From Phoronis australis (taxonomy: Eukaryota; Animalia; Phoronida): a DNA stretch of 64,000 nucleotides. Of the stretch, positions 48,901 through 61,982 are shown in pieces (position 1 is the stretch's first letter; every line of letters starts with the position of its first letter). The position numbers and the translations under genes are program-made. The notes beneath the pieces were generated by a model. That model was not told the origin of the DNA and ran no database searches. It worked only from the letters and a program-made list of their open reading frames with translations. The stretch lies in assembly GCA_002633005.1 (NCBI GenBank), contig NMRA01000239.1, positions 491,150-555,149 of the forward strand. Reading direction: 5' to 3'.

Positions 48901-51900
48901 TGATGTTCAGGCTAAAGGTTTGGATATTTTGACTTGCAGCTAAAGTCAGGTGTAATTTAGAAAAAAAAAACAGTCCCCAGAAACAAACGAGACAATTTGG
49001 AATGGGTTTGTAACAATTAGAGTTGACCGACACCATTTTTAACAGAGAATTTGTTATTAGTTTCCAATTCATCAATAAAAAGGACATTGAAAACATTAGA
49101 TATTTTACCAAAATTTGCTTGCACCCCTTATTTTACAAAAATACAGCAACGGGCAAATTTCGTAATAAGCTAACCAGTTACTTCGAATAAACCCAACGAT
49201 CAAACTCCTTTTAGTTAAATGATCAAAGAAATGTACTTACTATAATGATTAGCGGGAAAAATGCTCACCTGATGTAAGGTATGTTATATGCAATATGAAA
49301 CTTCGACGCAGGGTCGAAATCGTCCTCAGTCCTGTTTATAGGATAAGTGATGCCCTGGTAACGTAATCTGCAGTAGAAAACAGCAGAACTCTCCGAATTG
49401 TGAAATAAACATCGTTCGTGGTATTGCGTTTGTAATTAAGTCTACTTGCAAATATTGCCAAAAAGGACATTGATAAAATTCCTTTACACGTACATATAAG
49501 AAGCGGGTCTTGTTGCATTTTGTGTTCTCGCCCGAGCGAACAGGTATGCTACCGTGTAAATTGCCCTCTACAAAGGACACGACTTTATTTAGAACTGATC
49601 GTTAAAACAGAAGGACTAACCAACCAGTCTTGCCTAGTTTGACTCGCTTTCAGTCGCATTGCTTCATCCAGGCAACAGTTTGATTTGAGTTTTCAATCGC
49701 AACCCAAAGAAGTACCAAGAACATGCCGTTCGTAGCTGCACGCAGCGCAAACAAATCTCAAAATACCCAGGCCAACTCAACATGTGCCAATTTTACTATT
49801 ACCCGGATTGCCGCCACAGGATTGCCACAAGATTGCACCTTTTGGGGCCAGGCCGCCTTAGTAGGGTTAGGGTTCAGGTTAAGGTTTAATTGTGTTAGGT
49901 TTGGGGTTGGGCGTAGGGTTACGTAATTTAGACTTCAGAACATATGCATCTTCTATTTGGTACAATCTTGTGCCTTACATCTGTAAATTCACCCGTGGCC
50001 CAAAAATTATAGAGAAGAGGTAACTTCAAACATCGAGTGCGACCTTACTACGTTGTTTATTAATTAAACTCTCTAATGTACCTCATATCCCACCATTTCC
50101 GGTTGTATTCAGAGCTGTTGATGTTTCCCCTGAACACTTCCCATCTCCATTTGTCAACGATTAAACCGTAAGGAATAAAGGCAATCTTTAAAAGCGCTTG
50201 CTCCAGCAAGAAGTTGATGTCGCGCTCTGAAATACAAAGTCGCATTAAAACGGTAGACGTGAGAGACAGAAAGAGAGAAGCCGGACAGAGAGGGAGGGGG
50301 GAGACAGACGGGGGAGGGAAGAGAGAGCGGAGGGGAGAGGAGAGAGAGGGTGGGGAAGAGGGAGAGAGAAAACGAAATGACCGAAGTCTTGATTTTTAAC
50401 GACTGTGTTTTTTGTCTAAATCTTACTAATTTTTCAGAGATTCTATTGTACTTAGTAGAATTTTCAAATTTCGTGCCAAGTTTGTTACGCGTGGCATCCG
50501 CGACTTACCCCGCGCTGAACTTAAAAAAATCTCATTTTTAAGAAAGAACACAATCACATGAGTACAAACAGTAAAGCATTACTTCCGTGTGCAAGGTGGA
50601 TTCGTCTGGACAACAAGAATTTGAAAAATATATGGTTTCATGGCACGGCTGGCTGTGTGTTAATAGTAGTGTAAACTTTGGTAGCGAACGTATCCAATTA
50701 CTTTAAACCAACATAGGAAAATTCATCAGAAAGTTTCAAGTTACTAGACTCTTCATTGTTAGATAATGCGGTTAAACATAACCCCTTAATAATCACTGCA
50801 AGTAGAAGTCATGAAAAAAGGAGTAGACGTGCATGACAAATCGCATTTTCATGTATATTTAACTTGTATGCTTGGATAAAGTGATTAAAAAACTTACAGT
50901 TTCTGTTCAAAATCGTCGTTTCTTGGGAAACGTTAGGTCAGACGGTATTAGGTATTCCTCAATTTTCAGTTCACTGTCTTCAAAAACCGAAATAACAGTA
51001 TCACAGTGAAAACACGTCATAACCTAAACTTTGTGCTAAGAATCCTTGAAAATATAAATAGTGAGGACAAGACATGAAATATGTATTTTAAGTACTTCCT
51101 CTTCAATTTGTGTACTTTTAATCAAGAAATAAACACAAAAGTTTACTTTTTTTGCGTGACGTCAGGAGTGGATCCGATTTCCGCCACTGTGTTGTTCTAC
51201 ACCAGTCGCGAGCCGAGTATCGCGAAAAGTTGCCAGTGTGGAGGATGCAGTAATAGCGATCGGACAGACAGTATTTGAGTTTATGCGCTTACAAAAGGCC
51301 CTAAGATCGCTCAGATTTTGGGGCGTCAGCAGTAGAGCAACGATACGCAAGAGGTTCCAACCTGTTACATGCCTTTACTCAGCGATGAAAATCCGAATAT
51401 CTTACATCTCTTCGCGAGTACCACACTATCAAATCTGGTTGCCAATCCGTGAACATAAGTTGTGGTGACATCGTTCTTATACGTGACGAAAATACCCCAC
51501 GTGTCATGTGGAATATGGGCAAAGTGGAAAAACTCAATCGCGGTAACGATGGACATGTGCGTTCTGTGGTTCTCAAAACGAAAAACGGACTAACCAGTAG
51601 ACCCATTAAGAAACTTTACTCTTTGGAAACTTCAGCATAAACTGCATGATACGGACTCTATATAACTTACTTACTCGATTGCGACATATATATCTTGCTT
51701 ACTATTCCTATTGTCTGGTTTCACATTTGTTTGCTGTTTTATTTCCGTATTGTCTTATTTAATGTTTGCCTGATTTATTTCTGGTTTCGACCATTTATAC
51801 TATTATGTTCACCATTTTTCGCGCCGGGGAGAATATTGGAATGTGTTTGTGACAGGTTTTCTTGGTTTATTTAGCTTAGGTATTTCCTGTATATGTTCAG

Positions 51901-54900
51901 TTTAAAGTTATTAATTGCTACCTCTTGACATATATTTACAAATCATCCCAGCTCTAGCTCATCTTCCCCATTGGTTAGTTTTATATTTGGCGCACATTCT
52001 GATTGGTCGAATAGGTTCACTTGCATGCTATATGTTAGATCTTTATACTATCACATCAGAAGCTTTTAATACATCATACTGCACACAAGTATTTTTCTCC
52101 ACGAACCACGAGCTAGAGCTGGGATGACTTGTAAATACATGTCAAGAGGTAGCAATTAATAACTTTAAACTGAACATACATGTATACAGGAAATACCTAA
52201 GCTAAATAAACCAAGAAAACCTGTCACAAACACATTCAAATAGAAAGAGTGTATTGCGTTGTACCATTGCTGGGAACGTAGTTGTCAGGCACATATTAAA
52301 TATGAGTCTCGGCATCAAATTGTGACTGAGACAATGGGTGAGATTGCAGTAAGTTTCCAGATTTGTGGGAATGCATGCTATCCACATATACGCCAGAGCT
52401 CAGTAGTAGAAAATGGGATGTAGGCCTGCAGTAGATGCCATGTAAGTAGTTTGAAAGTCAAGAACGCAGCCGGCAGAAAGGCTGAAGTCACTAATCAACG
52501 AATCACAACGGTAAAATGCTTTCATAAGACACACACAAATATCATTTACCAGAAATAAAATCCAGTTGGCATCACTATAATTTGATATCATCTTCCTGAT
52601 AAACGCACTCGGCATTCGAAGAAATGAAATCAGTGTCCGGTATTCGCGACTGGGATTTGACGGTCAGGGTAAAAAACTTTGATTAGATTTACGTTTCGAG
52701 ACACAAGTTACTCGACACTAAAGTTGTCAGGAAATTAAATCGTGATTCAATAAAATGCTGTAATTACCGCACTGAAATCAAGATTGTCTGCAGACAGAGT
52801 AAGCTTCGACTCGGCTTCACTCACCGAAGACGCCGGCGCGGGCAGGTTGAGTTCGCACGGCCTCAAACACGCAGTTTGCCTGTTTCATCTATTACCTGAG
52901 TGTCGTCTTCACCCCCATCTGCATATATGTCTTATCAGTATTCGTCAAGCTCGCCCTCTAAGTCTTCGCAACTTAACTATCCGCCATTGCATATATACTG
53001 TCAACTGATCTACGTGTTCCACTGATAACATCACGTGGCGGGAAACCAAAAAAATCATTTATTTTTCTATAAAATTCTAAAACCTGCAAAAATCCATTGT
53101 AAGAGTGCTTTGAGCTTAGGCACTGGTGTACTTAGTGGTAGCAAGGCTGCAGTTTTGACTTGACTTATACATGTATAGCTGTCACATGTGGAGTTCTGTG
53201 GTTGCTGTTACTCTCGTGACTGTTATTCAGGTTCCCAGTCAGCATTCCGTTGAGGTGCAAGGTTTGCTCAGCTATATAAATTGAACCATAATGCAGATCA
53301 CTCATAGTTTTTGTCATGGGAAACCTGCCCCTACTCAATACTTGCACGAGATCTCCGTTATGCATGAAAACGATGCGTTGTGTCCAAACTACAATGGTTC
53401 TGCAAATTTGGAACACGCGCGCTTTCACGTTCGCGAGGTTAAACTTGATGCTAAAACGTGGCATTGTGTCCTAAACATCAATGCATGTTTTTTTAGTGCC
53501 ACCAAAGAGTGAAAAGTACAGAATATTATACACGCAAGTGTTGGGAAACCTGATCTAATTTGATATTACTGGAAATGTGCACCTCATTTCGCAACGCTAA
53601 CCAGCCAGCGCTCGATTTCGTTCCCAGTTTTTTCTTTTCAGTACAGGTTACTTCACCAATACAACTCAATTAATCATCGCTTCTTTTCACATCATGGCAG
53701 GTGATTAGTCCTTAGCTTTTACATGTACTCTGACCAGCACAGCAGTCCGTGTCAGCCATTTTGAAAGCACAAAAACATCTGATGACTACATGTACGACGC
53801 CGTCCCGATTTCAGTTACTTTGCCAGAAGCAAACGCAAAGGCACTCTCTCCGCAAGTATTGTTCATTCAACACAACGCTAATTTTTTTTTCAAACTGAAT
53901 TAAATATGATGTTTTTGATTAATCTTTGCTTTTGGTGGAAAATCACCACATGAAATGACTGCTGTAGCGTGTCAGCTGACTCATGCATTATGGGTACTCA
54001 CTCAAATGCTGCCATATGTAACAGGGTCTCCAAGGGAATCCCGTCCACTTTCAAAAACATTTAAAAATAATAGTAAAGTCAGGCAAAGATAACACGAAAA
54101 GGGCTCAAAATACAAAATGCTCAGGTTTTACTGACTTCTTTTAACTGACGAAGCTCATCTTGTGTTGTAAGTTGGTAGGCGTAAACGAGAGAGTACCTTT
54201 AAAGAATTCACGATTCCTTCATAAAATCAGGAACAAAACGAATGTTATGTTCATAGCAACATGTATGGTGAAATATTCTAGACTGTTTGTTTCATATGCG
54301 TTTGATCGTGTCCATTTTGCAAACAATTTTCACCTTTGAAATCGGTATGGACCTTGGTTGATGACAAAAACGAAAACTACAATAGACATGGCTTACTTCT
54401 CTGCAAGGCCGGGTCATGCTTTTCTTTCAAGAGACCTATTTTTCGAAGGTGACTTGGAGTGTTCGCTGACAGTGCAATGACGTCACCAACCGCCTCGTGA
54501 AAGGCACTGTTAGCTCCTTGTCGATAGATGGCGGGCTGGTGTTGATACTGCATAAAGTAAGCGATATGCCCCATCTCATGATGCACAATGGTGAAATACC
54601 AAGAGTTGACTTTCGTGCACATCTTAATTCTGAAAAGACGTATCAGTTCACAAATCAAAGTTGATATACCCGTATAATGGCGATATTAACCAACCAGACA
54701 CTGAGTCAGGAAACAGATTATTCGGCTTTTGCGTTTCCCAGTAAGTGGCAGCATGTCATAAATGTACGAAAGATCACTTTCCTAGTTTTTCTCTTTTGGA
54801 CTACATGCCCAATGCCGGACGTAAGACTGCAAGTTTGACTTCTCAAAATAATTAGTGTTGACCTGCATTTCACACTGTTTAGTAGTCACAGAGCCATACT

Positions 54901-57900
54901 GGTTACTTAAAGCATGTCGTAATTTATAATGATCATGAAAGTTGAGACTAATTTTATATGTGTACAGGCCTGATTCGATTTTCTTTTATTACTCGGGTAA
55001 ACAAATCAAATTGCAGCTTTATTGTGACAGTCTCAGCCAGGCTGATCCTCCGAGTAATCATGCTAGACACAGCGCGTAAAAGCTAGTGAAATCGGATGAG
55101 AATTGAAGAAATGAAAATACAATGATTAGCACATTAAGAAGTGGCGCGATTTTCTAAATTTTAAGATTTTTTACAAATGAGAAATAGTTTTTGTCCTTTC
55201 ACATACCAACCAATAATGTACTAGTAGTATTTATTTCATAATTTAAAAATGTAGCGACATTGAAGCCACATTTGCAACAATTAGTGGCTGAATTGGACAG
55301 TCATTCCTGCTAGATGTATTCAAGAGTGTCTAGTAGAAAGTCATATCGGTGTTATGACCCAGGAAATGTACTTTCAATCCAAATCCCAAATAAATAAAGG
55401 TTTTGCAATGACAAGATTTTGTCAAGGACAAAACGCGTGCCCGTATCCACGACAAGGCTTGGGCGTTTACAAGGAAGCCACCTGCGTATATAAGAGACTA
55501 CGTATTATGCTACACGAGAAACCTTTGAATGAACAATTATCTTTGAAAAACGTCATTATTTCATATTTAGGCTAGTGGGCCTATTTACATGTATCCAGTT
55601 TGTCATCAAGAATCCGACTTGTTTGCTTCTACTTCTTCGGATTGACTTTCAAAGGGTTTTCGGACATAGCAAAACATTGGGTAAATGACGTCTGACACGC
55701 ACCAAAAGTAATATTTCTGTAGTTTCCCATATGTCCTCAGGCTCGTCAACAGTTGGATTCCCCCATGCCTCCTCTGAGCCTTCACAAAGCATCGTGTAGG
55801 GCCAAATGTACATGTACACAGCCATGCAATTTCTCTAAATGTAGATCCTTTTAGTGGTCAACAATATGCGATGTCGCAGTGTGACACCATACATGTATAT
55901 TGTCGCACTCCACACATTTTGCCGCCCCCGGAGTCACCAATAGGTGCCGGGTGCAATACATGCAGTGAATCCCGACACATGTTGTCGTCCGGGCGACAAT
56001 ATATGTCTGTGTTCTCTGCACTTATTGGCGCACTCGCCATATATTGTCTCATGGGCGACAATAGGTGTCCAGTGTGACAATATATGTCACAACTGGATGA
56101 TCTCGCCGACGAAGCATGTTTTTGACAAAATTTAGCCGCTCCTGTACCCTTCCAGACCGTTTCATCAACATTTGGTTGACATATTAGTTGACTTTTTGTA
56201 CTTACCGACATAAACAACACAAAAACTTTCATCTCATGGCAATACCAAAAATCTCCGAAATGCAAGCTAGTTCAAAATAGAACTAATGCGTTAAAAACAC
56301 TACACGGCACATTTTCACGAAATTGAACAACCAGGGGGTTCTTTATTAATTATTAATACCTGAAGTCATGGTGTTTAAACATATCAAATGCCAGGGGGTG
56401 ACATTGAACACCGCGGCCGTCAGTTGGCTGTTCAAACATCGAGTAGTCCCAGAACTCTTTCGTCATTGGTTGAAAGCCCAGTGATGTAAAAAATTTCTCG
56501 GCCTCCTGATATATTGTCCTTGCCGTGTAGTTGCGGGCGCGCATTTCTGACGTAATATCCGGCGATGCCACTTCAGGATACGGTGCTAGGATCTTGTAGA
56601 GTTTTTCCCAGGACTGTGCCCACATGTTGCCTGCGGAAGGTTCTTAAATCAGGATTGCGCAGAAATAACATTAATGTCTTGAAAGACTTTGAGAGAATAT
56701 TGACATTGAATAGGTTAAAACCTGTCTACGCCTGAATTTATTATCACGGTAAACATCGTATATATACATGTATTTATTCATTTGCGGGGTTAACTTTTAT
56801 GTTCAAAGTGGTAAGAGTTTTTTTTCAAAGGAAGTACAAAATGTACCTCCAACATGACGACAACAGATATTATTATAAACCGGCGTGATCAGTAGGCCCA
56901 ACTCTAGCACTGTTTTGCCACGAACTGTGTTGTTTTACTAAGGTCTATAATTATAATTATAGTTACGTTTCAAAGTATGCCAACAGATAAATGATGCCTA
57001 CTTTGTTGTAAAATATGAATAAAATCACACAGAGACGATAAAATTGCTACCCAACGTTTCCTGTGCACCTTTCGTTTTCCCGCTACTGTCGACAGGCTGG
57101 AGGACGAAACATACATTTATGGTATTGTAAAGTGTTCATGTACAATTCATACGATTACGTTGTTTTTTCGTCTTTCTATGTGTTTTCACTTACAGTTTCC
57201 TGTAAAAGACTGCCTAGAGAATTCATACATTATGCAGTGAAGAACTCACCAAGCAAATGAGCTGGTATTGGTCCATCCTCGCGGATACCTGCATCAGGAT
57301 ATATTTGCTTCAGTTTTCGTCGGACATACGCATGCAACTGTTCGTAAAGGGGTTTTATGCCATGCCACATCCTGTCAACCGTACCCTCTAACTCGTCGCT
57401 CTCGTAGTTACTTTGTCTTAAAAAGTCTCCAGCATCTTTGAAATCTGTCACAAATTACCAAACAAACGGATTGGTACATTCGAAAAGACACAGTACGCTT
57501 TACGTGTGCAACCACAATTTCACATTATTGAATTTTGGCTGATCTGCCTAAAACATTCGACCTTGAGACCATGACCAGACGATTGAGTTTTCATTTGAGC
57601 ATAAGCTTCTTTCCGCAGTTATTCACGGAACTCTACAACCCAAAATGCAATATTTTGATAATGTAAATAATTTTCGTTACAGATATGACCTACGTCGACA
57701 CCTAAGCACTAAATTTGCTAGTCAAAAAGATTAATTTCTGAAAAGTGAATTACCTACTATTTAGTGTTCGAATACACTTGGGTTTTACTCAGATGAGTGT
57801 CTAGTCCCTAAATTCGAGGTACGGATTGAAGCAAAACTTGGGGCTTCGAATAAAGATTTAAATCATAGCAAAAACGCTCATCAAGTGCAAGCGTCCACAC

Positions 57901-60113
57901 GAGCCATTAATGTATTCGAGCTCAGAATAACGTATTTTGGGTTCGTAATAAAGCACAAAGTATGAGGAAATGTTCCATTTCGAATACAAAAATTAGATCC
58001 CAGGTTCAGGCTCTGGAAATGGCGCATTTCCGGTTACCATGCCTACAGAGGAAAGCTCAACAATCTGAAAATACAATTTCAAATTCATTGGGCGGACAGT
58101 GAGAACTAATCGAAACCAATGACGTCACAATCGTATTAGCTTACGTGTGCATGTATTCGCGCACACGGAAATCTTAAAAAAAACGTTGTCAAAAGTAAGG
58201 TTTCAGTCGTAATATTGCCTACGTGAAAATGATACAAATATGATACGAGTGAAATGAAAACATTTTGAAATCGCAAAGACAAAGTTACGTCTTCAAAATA
58301 AAAACAGAGTCATGTGGATGGCTTGAAAATCACTTGTAGGCTAAGTTCTTCTAAATGAGAGCTACGTGTTACGACTAAATACAGGAAAAATGAGACAAGG
58401 AAGTCATCTTTGTGGTTATATTTAATCAAATCAATATGATGACAGAATTTCCTTTATACCATTCTCAATGACGTAGTCCGCACCAAAACAAGAGAGCTTT
58501 CTCTGTAAGCTCCTAAAATGGCATTAACTGATGGCTCCGAGGGGGAACGTAGAACTACGTGATGCTGTGACGGGCTCACCCGAACCCTTGAAAATAGGGG
58601 GCAATGTAAGGAACTTACTGTTGTCCTTGGCGCCTTTATTAAGTAGTTCGACAAAACGTGGGTACAGTTTGCGTATATGTGGTCCCACCGCGTCCCGCCA
58701 AGATTTCCACGCCCACAGCAACTGATTACTGTCGCTAGATGTCGCGAAGATGTGCTCCAATTGTGGGAGGCGGAAGCACGTGTTCTGCCTACAAACCTTG
58801 CCAGACTCGTAAAGCCGCCGCAACTGGCCGCTGATCTTCACAAACTCTCTGTGTTGCATGAAGCAAGAAATATTTTCTATTAAGGCCACCATTACATTAA
58901 TTCCAGGGGTGTAGTCCTGAAAATGCAACTGTATGAACATGGCAGCGTTTGATGACTTATAACCAGGGCATTGATTCAGTGTTCACACATGTCTTAAATA
59001 ATAACCGGTTCCATAATCTTTTTCACAACGCTGAAATTTCTATGGTTTCTGAATGTCGTTGCACCTTGCAAACAATACTACGGTATACGCTGTCACGAAA
59101 TAACTGAGATAAAGACAATGCAATTACAGATTAAGGATGTATAAAAATATCGCAAATTCCCTGAGAGGTTATATTTCATCTCCTTCCTCAGGAAAAATCT
59201 CAAACGGTACGCGCACGTGCTTAGTCACGTGAAAGCACCACAACAGGACTTGCTAATGCCAGTATTGAGCAGAATAGCATTATCGGCTGTCACTTGTTCT
59301 CTAAAATACTTTTTTGGTTAATGCGTGGACAATTATGATGTCTTCACGCAAGTCTCTCCCGATATATTAAACAAGGAAATACGTCAATTCCTAAACGAGT
59401 CTATCAACAGTGTCTTTGATGACGAAAGCAGACCAGTGTCGTTGGATACATTATGGATATCGTCGTCTTCTTCGTATTGAGTAGTTTTGCACCACCCCGT
59501 TTAATTTCTTCAGCAAAGTTTGTAAGCGTTGCGTTCCTACTGTTTTGGAATTCAGGTCACAAATGGCCGATATACACTTTTTGGGGGCCCGAAGCTTGAT
59601 CAGATATAGTGGTTCTCGTGACCAAGACGGAATATTAACGTAGTGTAGACTATGAAACTACAAAGAGTCTCCCGACCTCAGGCGGTTACCAATTCACTTA
59701 CCTGGTCGCTGAACTGTTACCAGTTGCAACTTACCCCCCCCCCGCTCAGTCGGCCAACGCCACTTACAGTAGATTAGATTACTACGTTAGTTGGAAAGCC
59801 GACAAAAGCCGACAAAAGAGCTCCCTTCGCTAACAGGGGCGCAGACCTTTTAAGGTTCAAGGCTTCACCAGCCTCGTGGTAAAACTGCCACTGTCTCGGG
59901 CATAACGTTGTGTTAGTCATACCTGCTGTTTGAATGAATACACTTTACTTACAGGGCGTGATTCGGATCCGAAGGATCTGCGGACTGGTACGTTATCAGC
60001 GTCATTTGCCTTAGCGCGTCACGGTCAAAGTACCGCCTGTCTTGCAGCTGTTTTCTAAAATAAGTCACTTGGGCTCTCATGAAGTCAGTTATCTCTTGCG
60101 TTGCTTGCACTAG
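45788..60113 (-). CDS. ACE: Angiotensin-converting enzyme-like peptidyl-dipeptidase (peptidase M2), 5'-partial, 9 exons
   Basis: Exons 59953-60113, 58619-58848, 57250-57444, 56360-56630, 54397-54629, 50082-50226, 49269-49367, 46620-46742 and 45788-45947 join in frame with GT-AG. Hallmark motifs: [85 protein letters not shown]-stop. Confidence 0.96.
46082..46206 (-). mobile_element. tRNA-derived SINE head
   Basis: Reverse strand reads GAGGGGACAGTGTAGCTCAGTGG (A box) ... GGTTCAAATC (B box) followed by a non-tRNA body; second copy at ~37243-37816. Confidence 0.75.
46620..46742 (-). CDS. ACE: ACE-like exon
   Basis: Not in the ORF track; 123 nt; [40 protein letters not shown]. Confidence 0.95.
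47262..47441. mobile_element. Small TIR element
   Basis: ggggatatggcgtcatatcc ... agatatgacttcatatcccg (~20-bp imperfect TIR). Confidence 0.5.
47899..48051. repeat. Fold-back element with ~45-bp inverted arms
   Basis: cattttaaaagtgagcctctttttaggttttaaaaacaatgcatt / aatgcattgtcttttaaacctaaaaagaggctcactactaaaatg. Confidence 0.8.
49269..49367 (-). CDS. ACE: ACE-like exon
   Basis: Not in the ORF track; 99 nt; [34 protein letters not shown]. Confidence 0.95.
50082..50226 (-). CDS. ACE: ACE-like exon
   Basis: [30 protein letters not shown]...YNRKWWDMR. Confidence 0.96.
50260..50370 (+). repeat. Purine-rich (GA) low-complexity tract
   Basis: Almost exclusively G/A; lies ~35 nt into the intron from an ACE acceptor, giving a long pyrimidine tract on the sense strand. 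Confidence 0.85.
51157..52242 (+). mobile_element. Internally deleted BEL/Pao LTR retrotransposon remnant
   Basis: [55 protein letters not shown] (51449-51640) is the BEL/Pao integrase C-terminal domain; PPT-like gccggggagaa at ~51823-51833; PBS-like TGACGTCAGGAGTGG at 51157. Confidence 0.85.
53260..53480 (+). mobile_element. Highly degenerate L1/Tx1-type zf-RVT fragment
   Basis: QYLHEI...[10 protein letters not shown]...LEHARF..REVK...W resembles the L..I...LC..C...E..EH.F..C..V...W motif. Confidence 0.45.
54397..54629 (-). CDS. ACE: ACE-like catalytic exon (HEXXH + E)
   Basis: RIKMCT...HHEMGH (54566-54583)...[12 protein letters not shown]. Confidence 0.97.
56360..56630 (-). CDS. ACE: ACE-like exon
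   Basis: GNMWAQSW...AEKFFTSLG...FWDYSMF...CHPLAFD...DFR. Confidence 0.96.
57250..57444 (-). CDS. ACE: ACE-like exon
   Basis: FKDAGD...[15 protein letters not shown]...GPIPAHLLG; GTGAGT donor. Confidence 0.96.
58619..58848 (-). CDS. ACE: ACE-like exon
   Basis: LYESGKVC...[13 protein letters not shown]...[16 protein letters not shown]; GTAAGT donor. Confidence 0.93.
59953..60113 (-). CDS. ACE: ACE-like exon (N-terminal lid helices)
   Basis: tttcAG acceptor, GTAAGT donor; its phase 2 end matches the next exon; the sequence is weakly conserved. Confidence 0.72.
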
Positions 60114-60927
60114 CTGAAACGACAGAAATCCATGGTTTACTAATCTGCACGGTAATCTGCCACACGTGTCCATGTATTCCGATCCCTAAAGAAGCTGTTC
60201 AATGCAAGAAGCTTTATTAAGCTCATTAAATTGAGTATCTTTACCTAAAAGAGTTCATTTTGACTACCTACCGCGATTTCATAAATGGTGAAATAATGAC
60301 TATACACCTGTATTTTGTACGATTTTCCTCACAGCAGCAGAAGCTACTCCGAAATATAGACTTTCTGCATTTTTATTGTTCTCAGATTTTTTGACGGTGA
60401 TACCACGCATCTATTGAAAATGTACACCGTCTGGCAAAATCAACGGTTGTATCACAGTAGGTGGTGTTATTAATTGCCTTAAATTTTAGACAGATTTGTT
60501 AACGTTTCATGCAATTCTCACTAAATTATGACTCTTTCTGCTCAATTTCCCAATAGCATTCTACGTTAATTTTGCTGGCTCTTAAATGATGGACATGCGC
60601 TGTGCGATGGCAGATGTGCAGTACACACCCTATTGATGATAAAGTGTTTTGCCCCATACGCTTTGAATCTGTCGAGGGAAATACGGCCATGTAATAAAGT
60701 TTTCCGTATTCACCTCCCGCACTACTTCAACAGTGACCTCTGACATGGAAAGTTCAAAAGGTAGGTCAATGTCGACTCGACGTCGTAAGCCGGTTCGATC
60801 ATCAAACTTTCGGAAAATAGTTTAAAGTAATACAATTATAGCAGTGTAAATAACGCTTAACATACAATCAGGTCTCAATCGTAACATCTGGAACAGAACT
60901 GTTAATTATATGACAGTTCTGTCTCAG

Positions 60928-61647
60928 TTTTTTTTTTTTTTTTTTTTTTTTNNNNNNNNNNNNNNNNNNNNNNNNNNNNNNNNNNNNNNNNNNNNNNNNN
61001 NNNNNNNNNNNNNNNNNNNNNNNNNNNNNNNNNNNNNNNNNNNNNNNNNNNNNNNNNNNNNNNNNNNNNNNNNNNNNNNNNNNNNNNNNNNNNNNNNNNN
61101 NNNNNNNNNNNNNNNNNNNNNNNNNNNNNNNNNNNNNNNNNNNNNNNNNNNNNNNNNNNNNNNNNNNNNNNNNNNNNNNNNNNNNNNNNNNNNNNNNNNN
61201 NNNNNNNNNNNNNNNNNNNNNNNNNNTTCTCCTATCAATGTTTTTATATTATTGCATTCGAAAAAGATGTGATCCACTGTTTCACTTTGTGAATGACAGA
61301 AAGTACATACATCAGAGTCCACCAGGTTAATTTTTCTAAGAAAAGAGTTGGTTACAAGTATTCTATGTAATAGTTTAAACTGCAGAGTACATAACTTGAA
61401 ATCATAAGTAGTTTTAAAAGACATTGAATATAATTTTTTCCAGTCATCACTTCGAAAGTTATAACCTTCGTTTTGAAAATTTTTTTGTGCAATAGGCAAA
61501 ATGTTGTTGTGGCAGACACTTTCATATATCATTTTACATATTGATGTGCAGTTTAAAAAATTACGGATATTAAAAGGTATTAGTGGTCCATATATCTTAA
61601 TTAACTGCATTTGTACTGGTGTTCTCCTCAGAAACGACCTAATAGAC
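60928..61647 (-). mobile_element. 5'-truncated L1/Tx1-clade LINE with poly(A) tail and TSD
   Basis: Open ORF2 C-terminus with zf-RVT (LQFKLLHRILVTN..L.KI...SDVCTFCHSQSETVDHIFFEC); T-run from 60928; TSD tctgtctcagtttt at 60918-60931 and 61648-61661. Confidence 0.9.
60952..61226. other. Assembly gap inside the LINE 3' end
   Basis: N run next to poly-T. Confidence 0.99.
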
Positions 61648-61982
61648 TCTGTCTCAGTTTTCATTTGCTAAATATTTTATCTTCGGCAACTTAGGAGCCG
61701 ATTCCTCGATAACTACAATGTCAAATATTGCTGTTATTTAACTATTTTCAGGAGATGTTACAAGTTCAGTTAAAATTTACCCTTGTTTTTGTCTTTGTAA
61801 TCTCTTTTCAAGTAATAAATCGTTACCTTTAAAACTGTTTCTTTTACTAGAGAAAACTTGCAGCCTAACGCGCAAGTACATAATACAGGATGTGATCCGC
61901 AACGTGAAGAGTCTCGGTGAAGTATTTAAAAAATCTGCGGAAAAAATGAAAGAAACTTAGGAATTCGAAGCGTATGGGATAA

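Noticed and set aside
55858-56265. 135-aa Cys-rich minus-strand ORF
   Set aside because: Arises from internal repeats (gggcgacaat/attgtcgc) of a MITE-like element in an ACE intron
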